Source: Candidatus Bathyarchaeia archaeon
Lineage (GTDB): Archaea > Thermoproteota > Bathyarchaeia > 40CM-2-53-6
Length of the DNA stretch: 37,287 bases
Direction: 5' to 3'
NCBI GenBank assembly: GCA_049517415.1
Contig: JBEKSC010000027.1
Location: 1-37,287, forward strand
A program made the position numbers and the translations under genes. The stretch's first letter is position 1. Each line of letters starts with the position of its first letter. Under the pieces are notes generated by a model, which was given only the letters and a program-made list of their open reading frames with translations, was not told the DNA's origin and did not search any database. Shown in pieces: positions 1 through 7,544 of this stretch.

Positions 1-2
1 TT

Positions 3-899
3 GTGAACGTTGTTACCGGCCCAGGTGCGACAATCGGCGAAGCATTGGTCACACACCCCGGCGTCGATATTGTCGGCCTAACAGGTGATACGCTAACGGG
101 CCGGAGAATAATGGAACTCGCGTCGAGCACCGTGAAGCGAGTGCAATTAGAATTAGGAGGCAAGGCACCCTTCATCGTCTTCGAAGACGCAGACCTCGAA
201 GCCGCCGCGGAAGGGGCGGTTGTGGGAGGTTACGTGAACAGCGGCCAAGATTGCACTGCGGCCACGAGGTTATACGTTCAGGAAAGCGTCTACCAGAAAT
301 TCCTCAACCTTGTCGTTGAACGGGTCAAGAAAATCAAGCTTGGCGACACAACAAAACGTGAAACCGACCTCGGCCCATTAATCTCCGACGCCCAGAGGCG
401 AAAAGTCGAAGACATGGTTGCAAGCGGGGTTAAAGAAGGCGCGAAACTCCTCATCGGCGGAAAGCGTCCAAGCTTACCCGACCCTAACAGCAAGGGTTTC
501 TATTACGAGCCGACCCTCTTCGCTGACGCGAAGCAAGACATGCGAATCGTTCAGCAGGAAATATTCGGGCCCGTTCTCACGGCACTACCATTTAAGACGA
601 TGAACGAGGCGGTTGAGAAATCGAATGACATCATCTACGGCTTGGCGAGCTCGGTCTGGACGAAAGACATTTTCAAGGCCATGAAGGCAGCCGCTGAACT
701 ACGCTTTGGCTGCGTCTGGATAAACGACCATTTACCCCTCGTCAGCGAGATGCCACACGGCGGATACAAACAGAGCGGGTTCGGCAAAGACATGAGCCTC
801 TACACCTTCGATGACTACACCGACGTCAAACACGTTTACATCGACCTGAGCGGCGACGTTAGGAAACCGTGGCATTACACCGTATACGGGCCACAATAA
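3..899 (+). CDS. NAD-dependent aldehyde dehydrogenase, aminobutyraldehyde dehydrogenase (PatD/YdcW)-like; 5'-truncated by window
   Basis: ALDH motifs LELGGKAP (catalytic Glu), NSGQDCTAA (catalytic Cys) and EIFGPV. C-terminal HLPLVSEMPHGGYKQSGFGKDMS is typical of the ABALDH subfamily. Confidence 0.9.
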   Translation: MNVVTGPGATIGEALVTHPGVDIVGLTGDTLTGRRIMELASSTVKRVQLELGGKAPFIVFEDADLEAAAEGAVVGGYVNSGQDCTAATRLYVQESVYQKFLNLVVERVKKIKLGDTTKRETDLGPLISDAQRRKVEDMVASGVKEGAKLLIGGKRPSLPDPNSKGFYYEPTLFADAKQDMRIVQQEIFGPVLTALPFKTMNEAVEKSNDIIYGLASSVWTKDIFKAMKAAAELRFGCVWINDHLPLVSEMPHGGYKQSGFGKDMSLYTFDDYTDVKHVYIDLSGDVRKPWHYTVYGPQ

Positions 900-902
900 G
901 CA

Positions 903-1282
903 ATGCACCCCAGTGCGCGCTTAACCCCAGCGGCCCAACGCTTCTCCAAACTATTTCAAAGGAACATAGAAGCCTCTTGGTACTAGATGACACAAGCTGC
1001 TGATCGAATAGCAATGTTATGCTGAGGAAAAGCAAACCCAGCTGGCCAGTTTCCCTCTTGGCAGAGATTGATGGACTACGAATATTGGTAAACCCCGTAC
1101 TCGAAAGAAGTCTGAAGGCCGAGCAAATTACCATCGCCGCTTTAGGTTTCGCTGATGACCGCCTCTCGCTCGAAACGGATTACGGCAAACGCCTCACGTT
1201 GTCAGTCGAGCCAATGCAGCGTCCTTCAAGGGACAAGGTTACTGGGCATGCTGAAGAGCAAAAAAGGAGGGACCTCGGTTAG
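903..1282 (+). pseudogene. DUF779-like protein gene with frameshift (~939-941) and in-frame TGA (1001-1003)
   Basis: ATG903 gives MHPSARLTPAAQR. From 941 the frame of ORF 1019..1282 reads LLQTISKEHRSLLVLDDTSC*SNSNVM...LLAEIDGLRILVNP...RLSLETDYGKRLTL, resembling DUF779 (TxAA..L...HG.L...SGGCCDGS.PM...FSLE..G.RF). It starts 3 nt after an ALDH gene, the usual DUF779 context. Confidence 0.7.
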
Positions 1283-1297
1283 ATGTTCTGTTCGAAC

Positions 1298-1876
1298 TTA
1301 GGCGTACGTCTTTACTATCGCATCCAGCTTCGAGGTCGCTTGTGTCGTAACGACTTTCTTGATATCGCCACCTTGTTGATCCTGTGTCACCAGAAGTGGT
1401 CCGAAATCTTTCACTTCCCAGATCCAAACAAGTTCCGTAGGGCCTAACTCTTCGAGAAGCCTCTTCTTCACGCGTACAATCTTCGACACGGCCAGTGCGG
1501 AGGCGCCCCCCGTGAACTCTGAGTATACCGCGCCAAAATTAGCGAGCCCTTTCTTGCCAATTTCCCCTAACCCACCTTTCCCGATGATAATCTTCGTGCC
1601 GTACTTTTCTAAGACCGGAGGCGTAAGTGCGTCCATTCGCGTGCTTGTCGTTGGGCCACCTGCCACAATCTTCCATTCCTCGCCAACCTTGCGGGCGATT
1701 GGGCCGCAGTGAAATATCGGTAGACCAACTAATTCTGGAACAAAGGTCTCAAGAAGTCTCTTGTGTGCTTGGTCTCGGGCGATGGCAATATCGCCTGTCA
1801 CATAGAGGACGTCGCCTACGCGAACCTCTATTACTCGTGTGTTGTCTTTCGGAACGTTTAGTTTGAATTCGGTCAT
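1298..1876 (-). CDS. Fe-S hydro-lyase (class I fumarate hydratase/tartrate dehydratase) beta subunit
   Basis: Motifs ARDQAHKR, FHCGP, GPTTSTRM, IGKGG and FGPLLV; adjacent to the alpha subunit. Confidence 0.92.
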   Translation of the reverse strand: MTEFKLNVPKDNTRVIEVRVGDVLYVTGDIAIARDQAHKRLLETFVPELVGLPIFHCGPIARKVGEEWKIVAGGPTTSTRMDALTPPVLEKYGTKIIIGKGGLGEIGKKGLANFGAVYSEFTGGASALAVSKIVRVKKRLLEELGPTELVWIWEVKDFGPLLVTQDQQGGDIKKVVTTQATSKLDAIVKTYA

Positions 1877-1883
1877 TTCTATA

Positions 1884-2747
1884 TCACCTTACCATCTTGA
1901 AGTGTTCTCCTTTCAGTTCCGCAACGGCCACTCTATTCGCCCAACAACCGAATGAGATCGCTATGGGCAAGCATGCGGTGTGCGTACCAGCCGTTTCAAT
2001 GTGAACGTCTAGCATCGTCGTGTCTCCCCCTAGTCCCATCGTTCCGATTCCAAGCTCGTTCGCCGCCTTCAGTATTGAGGTCTCGAACTGGGCAATTTCT
2101 TGGTCAGGGTTCCGCGAGCCGACCTCCCTCAGCAGGGCCCGCTTCGAGTTGAACGTTGCTTGAATCGCAGAACCTCCGATCCCTATTCCAAGAATATTTG
2201 GTGGGCACGTTTTTCCTCCCGCTTCGATAACCACCTGAAGGATATGCTTGAGCATGTCCTGTCTACTTGCGGTTGGAACCATCATTTTGAGGTTAGTAAA
2301 ATTCTCCGAACCGGCGCCTTTCAGAATTAACTTCATTGACGTCTTGCTTGTCGACTTGTCGATTAGAACCTCGGGCTCGCTTAATCCTGTGTTTGTCCCA
2401 GTATTCTTGCGTGTGAGAGGATGAACGACGTTCGCCCTCATTGCGCTCTTTGCCGTCAAACCCTGAACCGTGTGGGCGAGTGCTATCTCAACAGCATCGA
2501 GGTGGTTGATTAGTTCGCCGGACACGAAGAGGGTTACGAGTCCCGTGTCTTGGCACAAGGGAAGCCCTTTCTCGTCACTTAGGCCAGAACTAGTGAGTAT
2601 CGCTTCGAGCTGTTTCTTGGCTAAGTCTTTAGTCTCGTGGGCATGTGCCTCTTTGATTGCGGCCAGGATGTCCGCTGGAAGCTGGGTTGTGGCGTGAACG
2701 AGCATCTCGTTCAGTACTGGCTGTAATTCTTTCGAGGTGAATTCCAT
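1884..2747 (-). CDS. Fe-S hydro-lyase (class I fumarate hydratase) alpha subunit
   Basis: Motifs PLCQDTG, KGAGSEN, CPP..LGIGIGG, GIGTMGLGG, H.ACLP and CWANR. Start placed at the second ATG (2747), which follows a GGTG SD-like sequence. Confidence 0.92.
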   Translation of the reverse strand: MEFTSKELQPVLNEMLVHATTQLPADILAAIKEAHAHETKDLAKKQLEAILTSSGLSDEKGLPLCQDTGLVTLFVSGELINHLDAVEIALAHTVQGLTAKSAMRANVVHPLTRKNTGTNTGLSEPEVLIDKSTSKTSMKLILKGAGSENFTNLKMMVPTASRQDMLKHILQVVIEAGGKTCPPNILGIGIGGSAIQATFNSKRALLREVGSRNPDQEIAQFETSILKAANELGIGTMGLGGDTTMLDVHIETAGTHTACLPIAISFGCWANRVAVAELKGEHFKMVR

Positions 2748-2873
2748 GGAGTGAACACCAATGCACTCCATGAAGCCAATGCGACTTATGCAGTCCGCTT
2801 TTACTGCCTGTAGAGTATATTCGCAAACCGGTTTTCGTGAGGCGCCCGATTCTAGAGAATTTAGATGACTCTG

Positions 2874-3260
2874 CTAGCGTAGCACGAAACAAACGGCTCC
2901 CGCGATCAGAATCATTATCGCACTCACAGCCCCAATCTGAGTTGTCAGCTCATGTGTCATTCCGATTAGGCCCAGACTCAGGGTTAGCAGGATCGCGCCG
3001 GAAATTACTCCTCTCATCCCCGCCTGAGAGAGAGACCGTTTCGTGGTGAGGTTGTAGCAATGAACAGCCACCAGGGAACAGACTAGGCCTACAATGAACA
3101 GCACCGCGAAGTCCAACCCGAACGGAACAAGAATTAACGGGTAGATGCTGAATATTGGGAGCGCAAGGATGCTGACTATGAGGCTGATGACTCCGCCTAT
3201 GACGAAAAGTGCCGCCGCCAAATCTAAGAAACCATTCTTCAAAGCTGGTGTTCCCGACAA
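2874..3260 (-). CDS. 4-TM membrane protein of unknown function (paralog of 13149..13610)
   Basis: Four hydrophobic segments; aligns end to end with 13149..13610. Start moved to TTG3260 by alignment and the upstream GTGAT. Confidence 0.8.
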   Translation of the reverse strand: MSGTPALKNGFLDLAAALFVIGGVISLIVSILALPIFSIYPLILVPFGLDFAVLFIVGLVCSLVAVHCYNLTTKRSLSQAGMRGVISGAILLTLSLGLIGMTHELTTQIGAVSAIMILIAGAVCFVLR

Positions 3261-3475
3261 TGTAATCACATCAAACCATCTCATCACAAGCATCCCATAT
3301 GAATTCTTGAACCACTTTTCCACCAAGTGGAATTAGGGCTCCGAGCGAATGCCAAAGTTCCAGGACCGGAGTTCATTAGCCTGAGCAAACAACGTCTCAG
3401 TCACATTGCTAGGGCGCTGGGAATGGGAGAAACCCTTTAGAAGCGATAGCAGAGCGTGAACGCGTGGAATGGAAA

Positions 3476-3883
3476 ATGAGTGTATGGAAACAGCTCTACG
3501 CAATGGTTTGGCTTGCTTTCCTTCAAATAATCATCATAACCCTTCCGCGCTTCACTATATATCTCGTCGACGCACACGTGGCATTTGGCCTAGTAATCTT
3601 GGCGTTAGCACACTACGACAACGCACTGATCAAGAAGACGGCTGCTCCCAACAGGCTTAAGCGTATTGTCAAATCGACTGCTGTCTTAGCGACGTTCCAA
3701 ATAATCTTAGGCATCATCCTCTATGCGAACCTGAGACTCAGCGTGAGCATTCCCCTAGTATCGGTGATTTCCTTCTTTCACCTCGTAATAGCATTGGCAA
3801 TAATCACGCAAGCAGCTTCGGTCGCTACAGCGTACGACATGTGGGAGGAGCATGAATACACTTCCTCCCGAAAATCCACTTGA
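3476..3883 (+). CDS. 4-TM membrane protein with membrane His residues, unknown function
   Basis: Hydrophobic helices containing HVAFGLVILALAH and FQIILG...HLVIALAII. Confidence 0.75.
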   Translation: MSVWKQLYAMVWLAFLQIIIITLPRFTIYLVDAHVAFGLVILALAHYDNALIKKTAAPNRLKRIVKSTAVLATFQIILGIILYANLRLSVSIPLVSVISFFHLVIALAIITQAASVATAYDMWEEHEYTSSRKST

Positions 3884-3923
3884 GCCGTTTGAAAAATCAG
3901 GGCCACTATGTAGGTTTGCAACT

Positions 3924-4250
3924 ATGGGCGGACGAATTGTGCAGGCCACGATAGGGAACCTGCGGGATCTATTGCGGAGCGGAAAACCTGTTGTTGTTGA
4001 CTTCTGGGCGGGTTGGTGCGGGCCGTGTCACATTATGGCTCCGATCCTGAGGGCCCTTGCTAAGGAGTTCGAGGACCAGGTCGTCTTTGCGAAAGTGGAT
4101 ATTGAGAACAACCGGGATTTGGCGTCCCAGTTCAACATCAAAAGCGTTCCCACACTGGTCTTGATTAGGAATGGAAAGGAGTGGGATCGTTTGAGAGGCG
4201 TACAGAGCCGCTCTGACCTAAGGAAGATAGTACGGAAAATGGCTTCCTAA
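3924..4250 (+). CDS. trxA: Thioredoxin
   Basis: VVVDFWAGWCGPC active site and SVPTL cis-Pro; ~108 aa from ATG3924. Confidence 0.93.
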   Translation: MGGRIVQATIGNLRDLLRSGKPVVVDFWAGWCGPCHIMAPILRALAKEFEDQVVFAKVDIENNRDLASQFNIKSVPTLVLIRNGKEWDRLRGVQSRSDLRKIVRKMAS

Positions 4251-4412
4251 CGTTTGACGTCGATTAGTTCCTAGGGCGAGTAGGGTATCGATGTCACCTA
4301 GCAGGTTTTTAGGCCTTCAAGGGTGTGATGAAAAATCTTGAGTCATTGTAGTTTGATGGCATCTAAAGGTTTTCGTGAGCTCCGCGAGCGGAGCGTGGAA
4401 AGGGTTGCGGAA

Positions 4413-5774
4413 TTATTGGACTAACTTTGGAACCTCGATGGTCGTTGGCTCGTCGTCAACCAGCTTGCCGTTAAAGTACGCATCATATGCTTGCAGGTCA
4501 AGTAGGCCGTGGCCACAGTTGTTGAATGTGATAATCTTTTTCTCACCAGTTCTCTTGCATCGCATGGCTTCGTCGATGGCGTATTTGACATTGTGCGCGG
4601 TCTCCGGTGCAGTTATCATGCCTTCAGTCCTTGCTAGTATTTGTGCTGCTTCGAAAACTTCTGTTTGCGAGTAGGCGACCGATCTAATGTAACCTTTGTT
4701 GATGAGGAGAGAAAGGGACGGGGCTTTGCCGTGGTATCGAAGTCCGCCCGCGTGGATCGGTGGGGGCTTATACTTGTGGCCGATCGTGTACATTTTTAGC
4801 AACGGAGTCATTTCTGCCGTGTCACCGAAATCGTAAGTGTAAGTCCCCCGGGTTGTGGAGGGTACGGCCTTGGGTTCGCAGGCGACGAATTCTGCATTTG
4901 ATTTTCCTTTCAATTTATCCGCCATGAATGGGTAGGCGAAGCCTGCAAAATTCGAACCTCCACCGATACAGCCGCAGAATATGTCGGGTTGTACGTCAAT
5001 CATTTCGAATTGCTTCTTTGATTCTTCCCCAATTATGGTTTGGTGTAGGAGAACGTGGTTCAGGACGGAACCTAGGCAGTATTTGGTATCATCATGGGTA
5101 ACACAGTCTTCAAGCGCCTCGCTTATGGCTATACCAAGTGACCCAGTGTTGTTCGGGTCAGATTCGAGGAGGCTTTGCCCGAACTTGGTCTTCTTGCTGG
5201 GAGAGGCTGTGACATCGGCGCCGAAGGCTTCCATCATGATCCTCCGGCCAGGTTTCTGGTCGTAGCTCGCGCGAACCATGTAGACGCTGCATTTCATTCC
5301 GAAAATCGCGGCCGCCATCGCCAGTGCCGAACCCCATTGCCCAGCTCCCGTTTCCGTTACAACACGCTGAGAGCCTTGGGCCATGTTGTAGTAGGCCTGC
5401 GCGATTGCACTGTTGGGTTTGTGGCTGCCGGTCGGGTTTACATATTCACATTTGTAGTAAATTTGAGCAGGAGTATTCAGGTACTTTTCAAGTCGTCTCG
5501 CTCTGAGCAAAGGTGTGGGGCGAGGGAGTCGAAGGTAGGCGTCGTATACTTCGTCCGGGATTTTGATAAACCTCTCAGTTGACACTTCTTGCATGACCAG
5601 CTCCTTCGCGAAGAGTCTTAACAGCGGCTCAGGGGAGACTGGTTTGAGAGTGCGTGGGTCAAGCGGAGGAGGCACCGGTTCAGGTAGATCGGCTAGAATG
5701 TTATACCAGTGAGTTGGCATTTCATCCTGGGGCAAGTATACCGCATGTTCTTTGTCCACTATAGCTTTCGGCAT
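4413..5774 (-). CDS. trpB2: Tryptophan synthase beta chain, TrpB2 type
   Basis: PLP-Lys motif GSHKPN, TETGAGQWG, GSLGIAISEA, GSVLNHV and HAGGLRYHG are TrpB2 signatures; start ATG5774. Confidence 0.95.
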   Translation of the reverse strand: MPKAIVDKEHAVYLPQDEMPTHWYNILADLPEPVPPPLDPRTLKPVSPEPLLRLFAKELVMQEVSTERFIKIPDEVYDAYLRLPRPTPLLRARRLEKYLNTPAQIYYKCEYVNPTGSHKPNSAIAQAYYNMAQGSQRVVTETGAGQWGSALAMAAAIFGMKCSVYMVRASYDQKPGRRIMMEAFGADVTASPSKKTKFGQSLLESDPNNTGSLGIAISEALEDCVTHDDTKYCLGSVLNHVLLHQTIIGEESKKQFEMIDVQPDIFCGCIGGGSNFAGFAYPFMADKLKGKSNAEFVACEPKAVPSTTRGTYTYDFGDTAEMTPLLKMYTIGHKYKPPPIHAGGLRYHGKAPSLSLLINKGYIRSVAYSQTEVFEAAQILARTEGMITAPETAHNVKYAIDEAMRCKRTGEKKIITFNNCGHGLLDLQAYDAYFNGKLVDDEPTTIEVPKLVQ

Positions 5775-5787
5775 GGAGTGTGTTTCC

Positions 5788-5852
5788 TGTGCAATGATGT
5801 TAGCGGAAAGCGTTATAGTAGAATTTAAGACTTTGTTGCACACTTCTGTACG
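5788..5852. promoter_or_regulatory. Divergent promoter region with TRP-box-like operators
   Basis: TGTGCA (5788-5793), TGCACA (5837-5842) and TGTACG (5847-5852) each differ by one base from the TrpY box TGTACA and flank AT-rich TATA-like elements (~5813-5828). Confidence 0.6.
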
Positions 5853-5872
5853 TTATGGGTTGATGCTCAGAC

Positions 5873-6376
5873 ATGTGGAGGCAAATCTCAGACCGGCTCA
5901 AAGAATATCCAGGTCGGCAGAAGGTCGCGAGAGCGTTTGTAGAGTTGGGTCTTAGCATCAGAGAGGAAAACAAGATCTATTGTGGGGGTGTCGAATTGTC
6001 CGACGTGAAGATCGCGCGTCACTTGCACGTCGACCGAAGAACCGTAAGGGATACGGCTCAACTGATTTCTTCGGACCCCGTTCTTAGCTCTGTCTTCCAG
6101 AAACTCCGTCCTGCAGGGCCGTTCCTAGCGGATGTTGCCAAGTTTCTCGGTTACAGCGTCATCGAAATCTTTGCTGACCCACACACAGTTGGGATCGTGG
6201 CTCAAGCAGCGTCATTGATCGCGCAGGAAAATGTCGCGATAAGGCAGGCCGTTGCGGATGACCCTGACCTAACGCCTGAGCCGAAACTCACGCTCGTCGT
6301 CGAAAAGGAACTTAGCGGAATAGTACTGCAAAAGATGTTGAAAATTCCCGGTGTCATCAAAGTTTCAACATATTGA
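5873..6376 (+). CDS. trpY: TrpY-like transcriptional regulator (HTH + ACT, COG2150-type)
   Basis: MW..I...L..YP.R..VAR, KIYC..VE.SD..IAR...VDRRTVR and C-terminal ACT (IRQAVADDP.L.PEPKLT); divergent from trpB2. Confidence 0.8.
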   Translation: MWRQISDRLKEYPGRQKVARAFVELGLSIREENKIYCGGVELSDVKIARHLHVDRRTVRDTAQLISSDPVLSSVFQKLRPAGPFLADVAKFLGYSVIEIFADPHTVGIVAQAASLIAQENVAIRQAVADDPDLTPEPKLTLVVEKELSGIVLQKMLKIPGVIKVSTY

Positions 6377-6398
6377 AACCATGAAACCGACTGTGCAT

Positions 6399-6902
6399 TC
6401 AGCCGTGAGCTTGGAATTTCTCGTAATGTACGATTTCCTGCAGAGGTTTACGATTCTTCTTCCGGTTAGTTTTCGGCTCCGCTGGATAACCGAACGGCAT
6501 TACGGTCACCAATTTCATTCTCTGGGGTGCACTCAGGAGATCCTTGACTCCGTCATCATAGAAATTAGTGACCCAGCAAGAACCTATTCCGAGTTCCCAA
6601 GCTGCAAGAACCATGTTCTGAATTGCTCGTGTGCCGTCAATTTCCGGTAGCTTCGCAGATTCCATCAATATCGCAATTGCCAGAGGGGCTTTCGCGATGT
6701 GTGCCCCCGTAGGTGTCAGCGCGGAAATCTTCCTCAGAGTATCCTTGTTCTTGATGGCGATGAAATGCCATGGTTGTGAATTCTTTGAGCTCGGTGCGAG
6801 GCGGCCTGCTTCGAGGATTCGCTGCAAGCTATCGTCTGGTATGGGTTTGTCTAAGTATTCTCGGATTTCGCGGCGAGTTCTGATGCAGGTGAAAGTATCC
6901 AT
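6399..6902 (-). CDS. Nitroreductase-family flavoprotein
   Basis: TRREIREY, APSSKNSQPWHF and QNMVLAAWELGIGSCW. Confidence 0.92.
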   Translation of the reverse strand: MDTFTCIRTRREIREYLDKPIPDDSLQRILEAGRLAPSSKNSQPWHFIAIKNKDTLRKISALTPTGAHIAKAPLAIAILMESAKLPEIDGTRAIQNMVLAAWELGIGSCWVTNFYDDGVKDLLSAPQRMKLVTVMPFGYPAEPKTNRKKNRKPLQEIVHYEKFQAHG

Positions 6903-6944
6903 TACATTACCACTAGTTGCCCAAGTAGGATACGGTAGGGGTTT

Positions 6945-7397
6945 TCATTGTGTCTTCTGATTGTTCTTTTCCATAATTCCCCAGAGTTCTTCCTCAAGCG
7001 TTCCGCCATGTTGGGGTTTCTCCACGAACCTACCAATCTCTCGCCAGGCGCGGTTGTGAATGATTATGGTGGGGATTCTGAGCACGTTCATCTCGTCAGC
7101 TATATCACGGTTCTCATCGAAGTCGATGACTTTGATGTTCAGGGCAGCGTTGTTTGCGGCGATGAAAACTTTCGCCAGATTCGGGAGTTCGGCGCGACAT
7201 TCAGCGTTCCATTCAGTTGCGAAGACTACGAAAAAGTAACGATCAGTTACACTTGAGAACTTGTCGATCACGTCGGGTTTTGCCTGGTACTCTTGAGTGC
7301 GTTTCTTTATTGTTTGTTTAACGGTTGGATTCTTTATGGTGTTGATATAATCCCATAAGTTGGGATATGGGCCGATAACGTTGCGGAGGAGCGACAA
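6945..7397 (-). CDS. Thioredoxin-fold protein with atypical WNAEC motif
   Basis: VVFATEWNAECRAELP, V.RIPTII and EIGRFVEKP fit a thioredoxin fold; TTG start. Confidence 0.8.
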   Translation of the reverse strand: MSLLRNVIGPYPNLWDYINTIKNPTVKQTIKKRTQEYQAKPDVIDKFSSVTDRYFFVVFATEWNAECRAELPNLAKVFIAANNAALNIKVIDFDENRDIADEMNVLRIPTIIIHNRAWREIGRFVEKPQHGGTLEEELWGIMEKNNQKTQ

Positions 7398-7544
7398 AAC
7401 ATCTACCTACAAAGCATGTTGTGGTCGGATTTTCAGCATAAGAAAAGCAGCATCATAGGGGCTGCATGGACTCCCTTAGTATCACGATTCTCAAGGGCTA
7501 ATTCATATTGAAAGGAGATATTAGATTTTTGGAATGGCGAGTTT

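Noticed and set aside
1001..1003. Firm selenocysteine call for the DUF779-like TGA
   Set aside because: A coexisting frameshift favours decay, and no SECIS or Sec machinery is identifiable in this window; left as a hypothesis.
4325..4380. Possible C/D-box sRNA (GTGATGA...TGATGG...GTGA)
   Set aside because: No canonical CTGA D or D' box and no identifiable guide target.
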